Positions 1 to 18,000 of a stretch of 64,000 nt of DNA are shown in pieces. How positions within the stretch are numbered: position 1 is the first letter of the stretch; the number at the start of each line of letters is the position of its first letter. The notes below the pieces were generated by a model. It did no database searches. It saw only the letters and a program-made list of their open reading frames with translations, and was not told the origin of the DNA. Origin of the DNA: Eledone cirrhosa (taxonomy: Eukaryota); assembly GCA_964016885.1 (NCBI GenBank), contig CAXHJY010000275.1, positions 62,001 to 126,000 of the forward strand. The letters run 5' to 3'. Position numbers and translations under genes: made by a program.

Positions 1-3000
1 CAGTATGTATGACAGACTGGCTTATATACAATGACAGCCACCACAGTATGTATGACAGACTATCTTATATACAATGACAGCCATCACAGTATGTATGACA
101 GACTATCTTATATACAATGACAGCCACCACAGTATGTATGACAGACTATCTTATATGCAATGACAGCCACCACAGTATGTATGACAGACTGGCTTATATA
201 CAATGACAGCCACCACAGTATGTATGACAGACTATCTTCTATACAATGACAGCCACCACAGTATGTATGACAGACTACCTTATATACAATGACAGCCACC
301 ACAGTATGTATGACAGACTATCTTATATACAATGACAGCCACCACAGTATGTATGACAGACTATCTTATATACAATGACAGCTACCACAGTACGTATGAC
401 ACTAGCTTATATACAATAACAGCCACCACACTATGTATGACAGACTAGCTTATATACAATGACGGACTATCTTATATACAATGACAGCCACCACAGTATG
501 TATGACAGACTATCTTATATACAATGACAGCCACCACAGTATGTATGACAGACTATCTTATATACAATGACAGCCACCACAGTATGTATGACAGACTATC
601 TTATATACAATGACAGCCACCACAGTATGTATGACAGACTATCTTATATACAATGACAGCCACCACAGTATGTATGACAGACTATCTTATATACAATGAA
701 AGCCACCACAGTATGTATGACAGACTATCTTATATACAATGACAGCCACCACAGTATGTATGACAGACTATCTTATATACAATGACAGCCACCACAGTAT
801 GTATGACACACTATCTTATATACAATGACAGCCACCACAGTATGTATGACAGACTATCTTATATACAATGACAGCCACCACAGTATGTATGACAGACTAT
901 CTTATATACAATGACAGCCACCACAGTATGTATGACAGACTATCTTATATACAATGACAGCCACCACTGTATGTATGACAGACTATCTTATATACAATGA
1001 CAGCCACCACAGTATGTATGACAGACTGGCTTATATACAATGACAGCCACCACAGTATGTATGACAGACTATCTTATATACAATGACAGCCACCACTGTA
1101 TGTATGACAGACTATCTTATATACAATGACAGCCACCACAGTATGTATGACAGACTGGCTTATATACAATAACAGCCACCACAGTATGTATGACAGACTA
1201 TCTTATATACAATGACAGCCACCACAGTATGTATGACAGACTATCTTATATACAATGACAGCCACCACAGTATGTATGACACTAGCGTATATACAATGAC
1301 AGCCACCACAGTATGTATGACAGACTATCTTATATACAATGACAGCCACCACAGTATGTATGACACTAGCGTATATACAATGACAGCCACCACAGTATGT
1401 ATGACAGACTATCTTATATACAATGACAGCCACCACAGTATGTATGACACTAGCTTATATACAATGACAGCTACCACAGTATGTATGACAGACTATCTTA
1501 TATACAATGACAGCCACCACAGTATGTATGACTGACTGACTTATATACAATGACAGCCACCACAGTATGTATGACAGACTGGCTTATATACAATGACAGC
1601 CACCACAGTATGTATGACAGACTGGCTTCTATACAATGACAGCCACCACAGTATGTATGACAGACTATCTTATATACAATGACAGCCACCACAGTATGTA
1701 TGACAGACTATCTTATATACAATGACAGCTACCACAGTATGTATGACAGACTATCTTATATACAATGACAGCCACCACAGTATGTATGACAGACTGGCTT
1801 CTATACAATGACAGCCACCACAGTATGTATGACAGACTATCTTATATACAATGACAGCCACCACAGTATGTATGACAGACTATCTTATATACTATGACAG
1901 ACTATCTTATATACAATGACAGCCACCACAGTATGTATGACAGACTATCTTATATACAATGACAGCCACCACAGTATGTATGACAGACTGGCTTATATAC
2001 AATGACAGCCACCACAGTATGTATGACAGACTGGCTTATATACAATGACAGCCACCACAGTATGTATGACAGACTATCTTATATACAATGACAGCTACCA
2101 CAGTATGTATGACACTAGCTTATATACAATAACAGCCACCACAGTATGTATGACAGACTGGCTTATATACAATGACAGACTATCTTATATACAATGACAG
2201 CCACCACAGTATGTATGACAGACTATCTTCTATACAATGACAGCCACCACAGTATGTATGACAGACTATCTTATATACAATGACAGCCACCACAGTATGT
2301 ATGACAGACTGGCTTATATACAATGACAGCCACCACAGTATGTATGACAGACTAGCTTATATACAATGACAGCCACCACAGTATGTATGACAGACTGGCT
2401 TATATACAATGACAGCCACCACAGTATGTATGACAGACTATCTTATATACAATGACAGCCACCACAGTATGTATGACAGACTGGCTTATATACAATGACA
2501 GCCACCACAGTATGTATGACAGACTATCTTATATACAATGACAGCCACCACAGTATGTATGACAGACTATCTTATATACAATGACAGCTACCACAGTATG
2601 TATGACAGACTGGCTTATATAGAATGACAGCCACCACAGTATGTATGACAGACTATCTTATATACAATGACAGCCACCACAGTATGTATGACAGACTATC
2701 TTATATACAATGACAGCCACCACAGTATGTATGACAGACTGGCTTATATACAATGACAGCCACCACAGTATGTATGACAGACTGGCTTATATACAATGAC
2801 AGCCACCACAGTATGTATGACAGACTGGCTTATATACAATGACAGCCACCACAGTATGTATGACAGACTATCTTATATACAATGACAGCCACCACAGTAT
2901 GTATGACAGACTGGCTTATATACAATGACAGCCACCACAGTATGTATGACAGACTATCTTATATACGATGACAGCCACCACAGTATGTATGACAGACTGG

Positions 3001-6000
3001 CTTATATACAATGACAGCCACCACAGTATGTATGACAGACTATCTTATATACAATGACAGCCACCACAGTATGTATGACAGACTATCTTATATACAATGA
3101 CAGCCATCACAGTATGTATGACAGCCACCACAGTATGTATGACAGACTATCTTATATACAATGACAGCCACCACAGTATGTATGACAGACTATCTTATAT
3201 ACAATGACAGCTACCACAGTATGTATGACAGACTATCTTATATACAATGACAGCCACCACAGTATGTATGACAGACTATCTTATATACAATGACAGCCAC
3301 CACAGTATGTATGACAGACTGGCTTATATACAATGACGGACTATCTTATATACAATGACAGCCACCACAGTATGTATGACAGACTATCTTATATACAATG
3401 ACAGCCACCACAGTATGTATGACAGACTATCTTATATACAATGACAGCCACCACAGTATGTATGACAGACTATCTTATATACAATGACAGCCACCACAGT
3501 ATGTATGACAGACTATCTTATATACAATGACAGCCATCACAGTATGTATGACAGCCACCACAGTATGTATGACAGACTATCTTATATACAATGACAGCCA
3601 CCACAGTATGTATGACAGACTATCTTATATACAATGACAGCTACCACAGTACGTATGACACTAGCTTATATACAATAACAGCCACCACACTATGTATGAC
3701 AGACTAGCTTATATACAATGACAGCCACCACAGTATGTATGACAGACTGGCTTATATACAATGACGGACTATCTTATATACAATGACAGCCACCACAGTA
3801 TGTATGACAGACTATCTTATATACAATGACAGCCACCACAGTATGTATGACAGACTATCTTATATACAATGACAGCCACCACAGTATGTATGACAGACTA
3901 TCTTATATACAATGACAGCCACCACAGTATGTATGACAGACTATCTTATATACAATGACAGCCACCACAGTATGTATGACAGACTATCTTATATACAATG
4001 ACAGCCACCACAGTATGTATGACAGACTATCTTATATACAATGACAGCCACCACAGTATGTATGACAGACTATCTTATATACAATGACAGCCACCACAGT
4101 ATGTATGACAGACTATCTTATATACAATGACAGCCACCACAGTATGTATGACAGACTATCTTATATACAATGACAGCCACCACAGTATGTATGACAGACT
4201 ATCTTATATACAATGACAGCCACCACAGTATGTATGACAGACTATCTTATATACAATGACAGCCACCACAGTATGTATGACAGACTATCTTATATACAAT
4301 GACAGCCACCACAGTATGTATGACACACTATCTTATATACAATGACAGCCACCACAGTATGTATGACAGACTATCTTATATACAATGACAGCCACCACAG
4401 TATGTATGACAGACTATCTTCTATACAATGACAGCCACCACAGTATGTATGACAGACTATCTTATATACAATGACAGCCACCACAGTATGTATGACAGAC
4501 TGGCTTATATACAATGACAGCCACCACAGTATGTATGACAGACTATCTTATATACAATGACAGCCACCACAGTATGTATGACAGACTGGCTTATATACAA
4601 TGACAGCTACCACAGTATGTATGACAGACTATCTTCTATACAATGACAGCCACCACAGTATGTATGACAGACTGGCTTATATACAATGACAGCCACCACA
4701 GTATGTATGACAGACTGGCTTATATACAATGACAGCCACCACAGTATGTATGACAGACTGGCATATATACAATGACAGCCACCACAGTATGTATGACAGA
4801 CTGGCATATATACAATGACAGCCACCACAGTATGTATGACAGACTATCTTATATACACTGACAGCCACCACAGTATGTATGACAGACTGGCTTATATACA
4901 ATGACAGCCACCACAGTATGTATGACAGACTATCTTATATACACTGACAGCCACCACAGTATGTATGACAGACTATCTTATATACAATGACAGCTACCAC
5001 AGTATGTATGACAGACTGGCTTATATACAATGACAGCCACCACAGTATGTATGACAGACTGGCTTATATACAATGACACCCACCACAGTATGTATGACAG
5101 ACTATCTTATATACAATGACAACCACCACAGTATGTATGACAGACTATCTTATATACAATGACAGCCACCACAGTATGTCTGACAGACTATCTTATATAC
5201 ATTGACAACCACCACAGTATGTATGACAGACTATCTTATATACAATGACAGCCACCACAGTATGTATGACAGACTATCTTATATACAATGACAGCCACCA
5301 CAGTATGTATGACAGACTGGCTTATATACAATGACAGCCACCACAGTATGTATGACAGACTAGCTTATATACAATGACAGCCACCACAGTATGTATGACA
5401 GACTACCTTATATACAATGACAGCCACCACAGTATGTATGACAGACTATCTTATATACAATGACAGCCACCACAGTATGTATGACAGACTATCTTATATA
5501 CAATGACAGCCACCACAGTATGTATGACAGACTATCTTATATACAATGACAGCCACCACAGTATGTATGACAGACTGGCTTATATACAATGACAGCCACC
5601 ACAGTATGTATGACAGACTGGCTTATATACAATGACAGCCACCACAGTATGTATGAAAGACTATCTTATATACAATGACAGCCACCACAGTATGTATGAC
5701 AGACTATCTTATATACAATGACAGCCACCACAGTATGTATGACAGACTATCTTCTATACAATGACAGCCACCACAGTATGTATGAAAGACTATCTTATAT
5801 ACAATGACAGCCACCACAGTATGTATGACAGACTATCTTATATACAATGACAGCCACCACAGTATGTATGACAGACTATCTTCTATACAATGACAGCCAC
5901 CACAGTATGTATGACAGACTATCTTATATACAATGACAGCCACCACAGTATGTATGACAGACTGGCTTATATACAATGACAGCCACCACAGTATGTATGA

Positions 6001-9000
6001 CAGACTAGCTTATATACAATGACAGCCACCACAGTATGTATGACAGACTGGCTTATATACAATGACAGCCACCACAGTATGTATGACAGACTATCTTATA
6101 TACAATGACAGCCACCACAGTATGTATGACAGACTGGCTTATATACAATGACAGCCACCACAGTATGTATGACAGACTATCTTATATACAATGACAGCCA
6201 CCACAGTATGTATGACAGACTATCTTATATACAATGACAGCTACCACAGTATGTATGACAGACTGGCTTATATAGAATGACAGCCACCACAGTATGTATG
6301 ACAGACTATCTTATATACAATGACAGCCACCACAGTATGTATGACAGACTATCTTATATACAATGACAGCCACCACAGTATGTATGACAGACTGGCTTAT
6401 ATACAATGACAGCCACCACAGTATGTATGACAGACTGGCTTATATACAATGACAGCCACCACAGTATGTATGACAGACTGGCTTATATACAATGACAGCC
6501 ACCACAGTATGTATGACAGACTATCTTATATACAATGACAGCCACCACAGTATGTATGACAGACTGGCTTATATACAATGACAGCCACCACAGTATGTAT
6601 GACAGACTATCTTATATACAATGACAGCCACCACAGTATGTATGACAGACTATCTTATATACAATGACAGCCATCACAGTATGTATGACAGCCACCACAG
6701 TATGTATGACAGACTATCTTATATACAATGACAGCCACCACAGTATGTATGACAGACTATCTTATATACAATGACAGCTACCACAGTATGTATGACAGAC
6801 TATCTTATATACAATGACAGCCACCACAGTATGTATGACAGACTATCTTATATACAATGACAGCCACCACAGTATGTATGACAGACTGGCTTATATACAA
6901 TGACGGACTATCTTATATACAATGACAGCCACCACAGTATGTATGACAGACTATCTTATATACAATGACAGCCACCACAGTATGTATGACAGACTATCTT
7001 ATATACAATGACAGCCACCACAGTATGTATGACAGACTATCTTATATACAATGACAGCCACCACAGTATGTATGACAGACTATCTTATATACAATGACAG
7101 CCATCACAGTATGTATGACAGCCACCACAGTATGTATGACAGACTATCTTATATACAATGACAGCCACCACAGTATGTATGACAGACTATCTTATATACA
7201 ATGACAGCTACCACAGTACGTATGACACTAGCTTATATACAATAACAGCCACCACACTATGTATGACAGACTAGCTTATATACAATGACAGCCACCACAG
7301 TATGTATGACAGACTGGCTTATATACAATGACGGACTATCTTATATACAATGACAGCCACCACAGTATGTATGACAGACTATCTTATATACAATGACAGC
7401 CACCACAGTATGTATGACAGACTATCTTATATACAATGACAGCCACCACAGTATGTATGACAGACTATCTTATATACAATGACAGCCACCACAGTATGTA
7501 TGACAGACTATCTTATATACAATGACAGCCACCACAGTATGTATGACAGACTATCTTATATACAATGACAGCCACCACAGTATGTATGACAGACTATCTT
7601 ATATACAATGACAGCCACCACAGTATGTATGACAGACTATCTTATATACAATGACAGCCACCACAGTATGTATGACAGACTATCTTATATACAATGACAG
7701 CCACCACAGTATGTATGACAGACTATCTTATATACAATGACAGCCACCACAGTATGTATGACAGACTATCTTATATACAATGACAGCCACCACAGTATGT
7801 ATGACAGACTATCTTATATACAATGACAGCCACCACAGTATGTATGACAGACTATCTTATATGCAATGACAGCCACCACAGTATGTATGACAGACTGGCT
7901 TATATACAATGACAGCCACCACAGTATGTATGACAGACTATCTTCTATACAATGACAGCCACCACAGTATGTATGACAGACTACCTTATATACAATGACA
8001 GCCACCACAGTATGTATGACAGACTATCTTATATACAATGACAGCCACCACAGTATGTATGACAGACTATCTTATATACAATGACAGCTACCACAGTACG
8101 TATGACACTAGCTTATATACAATAACAGCCACCACACTATGTATGACAGACTAGCTTATATACAATGACGGACTATCTTATATACAATGACAGCCACCAC
8201 AGTATGTATGACAGACTATCTTATATACAATGACAGCCACCACAGTATGTATGACAGACTATCTTATATACAATGACAGCCACCACAGTATGTATGACAG
8301 ACTATCTTATATACAATGACAGCCACCACAGTATGTATGACAGACTATCTTATATACAATGACAGCCACCACAGTATGTATGACAGACTATCTTATATAC
8401 AATGAAAGCCACCACAGTATGTATGACAGACTATCTTATATACAATGACAGCCACCACAGTATGTATGACAGACTATCTTATATACAATGACAGCCACCA
8501 CAGTATGTATGACACACTATCTTATATACAATGACAGCCACCACAGTATGTATGACAGACTATCTTATATACAATGACAGCCACCACAGTATGTATGACA
8601 GACTATCTTATATACAATGACAGCCACCACAGTATGTATGACAGACTATCTTATATACAATGACAGCCACCACTGTATGTATGACAGACTATCTTATATA
8701 CAATGACAGCCACCACAGTATGTATGACAGACTGGCTTATATACAATGACAGCCACCACAGTATGTATGACAGACTATCTTATATACAATGACAGCCACC
8801 ACTGTATGTATGACAGACTATCTTATATACAATGACAGCCACCACAGTATGTATGACAGACTGGCTTATATACAATAACAGCCACCACAGTATGTATGAC
8901 AGACTATCTTATATACAATGACAGCCACCACAGTATGTATGACAGACTATCTTATATACAATGACAGCCACCACAGTATGTATGACACTAGCGTATATAC

Positions 9001-12000
9001 AATGACAGCCACCACAGTATGTATGACAGACTATCTTATATACAATGACAGCCACCACAGTATGTATGACACTAGCGTATATACAATGACAGCCACCACA
9101 GTATGTATGACAGACTATCTTATATACAATGACAGCCACCACAGTATGTATGACACTAGCTTATATACAATGACAGCTACCACAGTATGTATGACAGACT
9201 ATCTTATATACAATGACAGCCACCACAGTATGTATGACTGACTGACTTATATACAATGACAGCCACCACAGTATGTATGACAGACTGGCTTATATACAAT
9301 GACAGCCACCACAGTATGTATGACAGACTGGCTTCTATACAATGACAGCCACCACAGTATGTATGACAGACTATCTTATATACAATGACAGCCACCACAG
9401 TATGTATGACAGACTATCTTATATACAATGACAGCTACCACAGTATGTATGACAGACTATCTTATATACAATGACAGCCACCACAGTATGTATGACAGAC
9501 TGGCTTCTATACAATGACAGCCACCACAGTATGTATGACAGACTATCTTATATACAATGACAGCCACCACAGTATGTATGACAGACTATCTTATATACAA
9601 TGACAGCCACCACAGTATGTATGACAGACTGGCTTATATACAATGACAGCCACCACAGTATGTATGACAGACTGGCTTATATACAATGACAGCCACCACA
9701 GTATGTATGACAGACTATCTTATATACAATGACAGCTACCACAGTATGTATGACACTAGCTTATATACAATAACAGCCACCACAGTATGTATGACAGACT
9801 GGCTTATATACAATGACAGACTATCTTATATACAATGACAGCCACCACAGTATGTATGACAGACTATCTTCTATACAATGACAGCCACCACAGTATGTAT
9901 GACAGACTATCTTATATACAATGACAGCCACCACAGTATGTATGACAGACTGGCTTATATACAATGACAGCCACCACAGTATGTATGACAGACTAGCTTA
10001 TATACAATGACAGCCACCACAGTATGTATGACAGACTGGCTTATATACAATGACAGCCACCACAGTATGTATGACAGACTATCTTATATACAATGACAGC
10101 CACCACAGTATGTATGACAGACTGGCTTATATACAATGACAGCCACCACAGTATGTATGACAGACTATCTTATATACAATGACAGCCACCACAGTATGTA
10201 TGACAGACTATCTTATATACAATGACAGCTACCACAGTATGTATGACAGACTGGCTTATATAGAATGACAGCCACCACAGTATGTATGACAGACTATCTT
10301 ATATACAATGACAGCCACCACAGTATGTATGACAGACTATCTTATATACAATGACAGCCACCACAGTATGTATGACAGACTGGCTTATATACAATGACAG
10401 CCACCACAGTATGTATGACAGACTGGCTTATATACAATGACAGCCACCACAGTATGTATGACAGACTGGCTTATATACAATGACAGCCACCACAGTATGT
10501 ATGACAGACTATCTTATATACAATGACAGCCACCACAGTATGTATGACAGACTGGCTTATATACAATGACAGCCACCACAGTATGTATGACAGACTATCT
10601 TATATACAATGACAGCCACCACAGTATGTATGACAGACTGGCTTATATACAATGACAGCCACCACAGTATGTATGACAGACTATCTTATATACAATGACA
10701 GCCACCACAGTATGTATGACAGACTATCTTATATACAATGACAGCCATCACAGTATGTATGACAGCCACCACAGTATGTATGACAGACTATCTTATATAC
10801 AATGACAGCCACCACAGTATGTATGACAGACTATCTTATATACAATGACAGCTACCACAGTATGTATGACAGACTATCTTATATACAATGACAGCCACCA
10901 CAGTATGTATGACAGACTATCTTATATACAATGACAGCCACCACAGTATGTATGACAGACTGGCTTATATACAATGACGGACTATCTTATATACAATGAC
11001 AGCCACCACAGTATGTATGACAGACTATCTTATATACAATGACAGCCACCACAGTATGTATGACAGACTATCTTATATACAATGACAGCCACCACAGTAT
11101 GTATGACAGACTATCTTATATACAATGACAGCCACCACAGTATGTATGACAGACTATCTTATATACAATGACAGCCATCACAGTATGTATGACAGCCACC
11201 ACAGTATGTATGACAGACTATCTTATATACAATGACAGCCACCACAGTATGTATGACAGACTATCTTATATACAATGACAGCTACCACAGTACGTATGAC
11301 ACTAGCTTATATACAATAACAGCCACCACACTATGTATGACAGACTAGCTTATATACAATGACAGCCACCACAGTATGTATGACAGACTGGCTTATATAC
11401 AATGACGGACTATCTTATATACAATGACAGCCACCACAGTATGTATGACAGACTATCTTATATACAATGACAGCCACCACAGTATGTATGACAGACTATC
11501 TTATATACAATGACAGCCACCACAGTATGTATGACAGACTATCTTATATACAATGACAGCCACCACAGTATGTATGACAGACTATCTTATATACAATGAC
11601 AGCCACCACAGTATGTATGACAGACTATCTTATATACAATGACAGCCACCACAGTATGTATGACAGACTATCTTATATACAATGACAGCCACCACAGTAT
11701 GTATGACAGACTATCTTATATACAATGACAGCCACCACAGTATGTATGACAGACTATCTTATATACAATGACAGCCACCACAGTATGTATGACAGACTAT
11801 CTTATATACAATGACAGCCACCACAGTATGTATGACAGACTATCTTATATACAATGACAGCCACCACAGTATGTATGACAGACTATCTTATATACAATGA
11901 CAGCCACCACAGTATGTATGACAGACTATCTTATATACAATGACAGCCACCACAGTATGTATGACACACTATCTTATATACAATGACAGCCACCACAGTA

Positions 12001-15000
12001 TGTATGACAGACTATCTTATATACAATGACAGCCACCACAGTATGTATGACAGACTATCTTCTATACAATGACAGCCACCACAGTATGTATGACAGACTA
12101 TCTTATATACAATGACAGCCACCACAGTATGTATGACAGACTGGCTTATATACAATGACAGCCACCACAGTATGTATGACAGACTATCTTATATACAATG
12201 ACAGCCACCACAGTATGTATGACAGACTGGCTTATATACAATGACAGCTACCACAGTATGTATGACAGACTATCTTCTATACAATGACAGCCACCACAGT
12301 ATGTATGAGAGACTGGCTTATATACAATGACAGCCACCACAGTATGTATGACAGACTGGCTTATATACAATGACAGCCACCACAGTATGTATGACAGACT
12401 GGCATATATACAATGACAGCCACCACAGTATGTATGACAGACTGGCATATATACAATGACAGCCACCACAGTATGTATGACAGACTATCTTATATACACT
12501 GACAGCCACCACAGTATGTATGACAGACTGGCTTATATACAATGACAGCCACCACAGTATGTATGACAGACTATCTTATATACACTGACAGCCACCACAG
12601 TATGTATGACAGACTATCTTATATACAATGACAGCTACCACAGTATGTATGACAGACTGGCTTATATACAATGACAGCCACCACAGTATGTATGACAGAC
12701 TGGCTTATATACAATGACAACCACCACAGTATGTATGACAGACTATCTTATATACAATGACAACCACCACAGTATGTATGACAGACTATCTTATATACAA
12801 TGACAGCCACCACAGTATGTCTGACAGACTATCTTATATACATTGACAACCACCACAGTATGTATGACAGACTATCTTATATACAATGACAGCCACCACA
12901 GTATGTATGACAGACTATCTTATATACAATGACAGCCACCACAGTATGTATGACAGACTGGCTTATATACAATGACAGCCACCACAGTATGTATGACAGA
13001 CTAGCTTATATACAATGACAGCCACCACAGTATGTATGACAGACTACCTTATATACAATGACAGCCACCACAGTATGTATGACAGACTATCTTATATACA
13101 ATGACAGCCACCACAGTATGTATGACAGACTATCTTATATACAATGACAGCCACCACAGTATGTATGACAGACTATCTTATATACAATGACAGCCACCAC
13201 AGTATGTATGACAGACTGGCTTATATACAATGACAGCCACCACAGTATGTATGACAGACTGGCTTATATACAATGACAGCCACCACAGTATGTATGAAAG
13301 ACTATCTTATATACAATGACAGCCACCACAGTATGTATGACAGACTATCTTATATACAATGACAGCCACCACAGTATGTATGACAGACTATCTTCTATAC
13401 AATGACAGCCACCACAGTATGTATGAAAGACTATCTTATATACAATGACAGCCACCACAGTATGTATGACAGACTATCTTATATACAATGACAGCCACCA
13501 CAGTATGTATGACAGACTATCTTCTATACAATGACAGCCACCACAGTATGTATGACAGACTATCTTATATACAATGACAGCCACCACAGTATGTATGACA
13601 GACTGGCTTATATACAATGACAGCCACCACAGTATGTATGACAGACTAGCTTATATACAATGACAGCCACCACAGTATGTATGACAGACTGGCTTATATA
13701 CAATGACAGCCACCACAGTATGTATGACAGACTATCTTATATACAATGACAGCCACCACAGTATGTATGACAGACTGGCTTATATACAATGACAGCCACC
13801 ACAGTATGTATGACAGACTATCTTATATACAATGACAGCCACCACAGTATGTATGACAGACTATCTTATATACAATGACAGCTACCACAGTATGTATGAC
13901 AGACTGGCTTATATAGAATGACAGCCACCACAGTATGTATGACAGACTATCTTATATACAATGACAGCCACCACAGTATGTATGACAGACTATCTTATAT
14001 ACAATGACAGCCACCACAGTATGTATGACAGACTGGCTTATATACAATGACAGCCACCACAGTATGTATGACAGACTGGCTTATATACAATGACAGCCAC
14101 CACAGTATGTATGACAGACTGGCTTATATACAATGACAGCCACCACAGTATGTATGACAGACTATCTTATATACAATGACAGCCACCACAGTATGTATGA
14201 CAGACTGGCTTATATACAATGACAGCCACCACAGTATGTATGACAGACTATCTTATATACAATGACAGCCACCACAGTATGTATGACAGACTGGCTTATA
14301 TACAATGACAGCCACCACAGTATGTATGACAGACTATCTTATATACAATGACAGCCACCACAGTATGTATGACAGACTATCTTATATACAATGACAGCCA
14401 TCACAGTATGTATGACAGCCACCACAGTATGTATGACAGACTATCTTATATACAATGACAGCCACCACAGTATGTATGACAGACTATCTTATATACAATG
14501 ACAGCTACCACAGTATGTATGACAGACTATCTTATATACAATGACAGCCACCACAGTATGTATGACAGACTATCTTATATACAATGACAGCCACCACAGT
14601 ATGTATGACAGACTGGCTTATATACAATGACGGACTATCTTATATACAATGACAGCCACCACAGTATGTATGACAGACTATCTTATATACAATGACAGCC
14701 ACCACAGTATGTATGACAGACTATCTTATATACAATGACAGCCACCACAGTATGTATGACAGACTATCTTATATACAATGACAGCCACCACAGTATGTAT
14801 GACAGACTATCTTATATACAATGACAGCCATCATAGTATGTATGACAGCCACCACAGTATGTATGACAGACTATCTTATATACAATGACAGCCACCACAG
14901 TATGTATGACAGACTATCTTATATACAATGACAGCTACCACAGTACGTATGACACTAGCTTATATACAATAACAGCCACCACACTATGTATGACAGACTA

Positions 15001-18000
15001 GCTTATATACAATGACAGCCACCACAGTATGTATGACAGACTGGCTTATATACAATGACGGACTATCTTATATACAATGACAGCCACCACAGTATGTATG
15101 ACAGACTATCTTATATACAATGACAGCCACCACAGTATGTATGACAGACTATCTTATATACAATGACAGCCACCACAGTATGTATGACAGACTATCTTAT
15201 ATACAATGACAGCCACCACAGTATGTATGACAGACTATCTTATATACAATGACAGCCACCACAGTATGTATGACAGACTATCTTATATACAATGACAGCC
15301 ACCACAGTATGTATGACAGACTATCTTATATACAATGACAGCCACCACAGTATGTATGACAGACTATCTTATATACAATGACAGCCACCACAGTATGTAT
15401 GACAGACTATCTTATATACAATGACAGCCACCACAGTATGTATGACAGACTATCTTATATACAATTACAGCCACCACAGTATGTATGACAGACTATCTTA
15501 TATACAATGACAGCCACCACAGTATGTATGACAGACTATCTTATATACAATGACAGCCACCACAGTATGTATGACAGACTATCTTATATACAATGACAGC
15601 CACCACAGTATGTATGACACACTATCTTATATACAATGACAGCCACCACAGTATGTATGACAGACTATCTTATATACAATGACAGCCACCACAGTATGTA
15701 TGACAGACTATCTTCTATACAATGACAGCCACCACAGTATGTATGACAGACTATCTTATATACAATGACAGCCACCACAGTATGTATGACAGACTGGCTT
15801 ATATACAATGACAGCCACCACAGTATGTATGACAGACTATCTTATATACAATGACAGCCACCACAGTATGTATGACAGACTGGCTTATATACAATGACAG
15901 CTACCACAGTATGTATGACAGACTATCTTCTATACAATGACAGCCACCACAGTATGTATGACAGACTGGCTTATATACAATGACAGCCACCACAGTATGT
16001 ATGACAGACTGGCTTATATACAATGACAGCCACCACAGTATGTATGACAGACTGGCATATATACAATGACAGCCACCACAGTATGTATGACAGACTGGCA
16101 TATATACAATGACAGCCACCACAGTATGTATGACAGACTATCTTATATACACTGACAGCCACCACAGTATGTATGACAGACTGGCTTATATACAATGACA
16201 GCCACCACAGTATGTATGACAGACTATCTTATATACACTGACAGCCACCACAGTATGTATGACAGACTATCTTATATACAATGACAGCTACCACAGTATG
16301 TATGACAGACTGGCTTATATACAATGACAGCCACCACAGTATGTATGACAGACTGGCTTATATACAATGACAACCACCACAGTATGTATGACAGACTATC
16401 TTATATACAATGACAACCACCACAGTATGTATGACAGACTATCTTATATACAATGACAGCCACCACAGTATGTCTGACAGACTATCTTATATACATTGAC
16501 AACCACCACAGTATGTATGACAGACTATCTTATATACAATGACAGCCACCACAGTATGTATGACAGACTATCTTATATACAATGACAGCCACCACAGTAT
16601 GTATGACAGACTGGCTTATATACAATGACAGCCACCACAGTATGTATGACAGACTAGCTTATATACAATGACAGCCACCACAGTATGTATGACAGACTAC
16701 CTTATATACAATGACAGCCACCACAGTATGTATGACAGACTATCTTATATACAATGACAGCCACCACAGTATGTATGACAGACTATCTTATATACAATGA
16801 CAGCCACCACAGTATGTATGACAGACTATCTTATATACAATGACAGCCACCACAGTATGTATGACAGACTGGCTTATATACAATGACAGCCACCACAGTA
16901 TGTATGACAGACTGGCTTATATACAATGACAGCCACCACAGTATGTATGAAAGACTATCTTATATACAATGACAGCCACCACAGTATGTATGACAGACTA
17001 TCTTATATACAATGACAGCCACCACAGTATGTATGACAGACTACCTTATATACAATGACAGCCACCACAGTATGTATGACAGACTATCTTATATACAATG
17101 ACAGCCACCACAGTATGTATGACAGACTATCTTATATACAATGACAGCTACCACAGTATGTATGACAGACTATCTTATATACAATGACAGCTACCACAGT
17201 ATGTATGACAGACTATCTTATATACAATGACAGCCACCACAGTATGTATGACAGACTATCTTATATACAATGACAGCTACCACAGTATGTATGACAGACT
17301 ATCTTATATACAATGACAGCTACCACAGTATGTATGACAGACTATCTTATATACAATGACAGCTACCACAGTATGTATGAGATACTATCTTATATACAAC
17401 GACAGCCACCACAGTATGTATGAAAGACTATCTTATATACAATGACAGCCACCACAGTATGTATGACAGACTATCTTATATACAATGACAGCCACCACAG
17501 TATGTATGACAGACTACCTTATATACAATGACAGCCACCACAGTATGTATGACAGACTATCTTATATACAATGACAGCCACCACAGTATGTATGACAGAC
17601 TATCTTATATACAATGACAGCTACCACAGTATGTATGACAGACTATCTTATATACAATGACAGCTACCACAGTATGTATGACAGACTATCTTATATACAT
17701 TGACAGCCACCACAGTATGTATGACAGACTATCTTATATACAATGACAGCTACCACAGTATGTATGACAGACTATCTTATATACAATGACAGCTACCACA
17801 GTATGTATGACAGACTATCTTATATACAATGACAGCTACCACAGTATGTATGACAGACTATCTTATATACAATGACAGCCACCACAGTATGTATGACAGA
17901 CTATCTTATATACAATGACAACCACCACAGTATGTATGACAGACTATCTTATATACAATGACAGCCACCACAGTATGTATGACAGACTATCTTATATACA

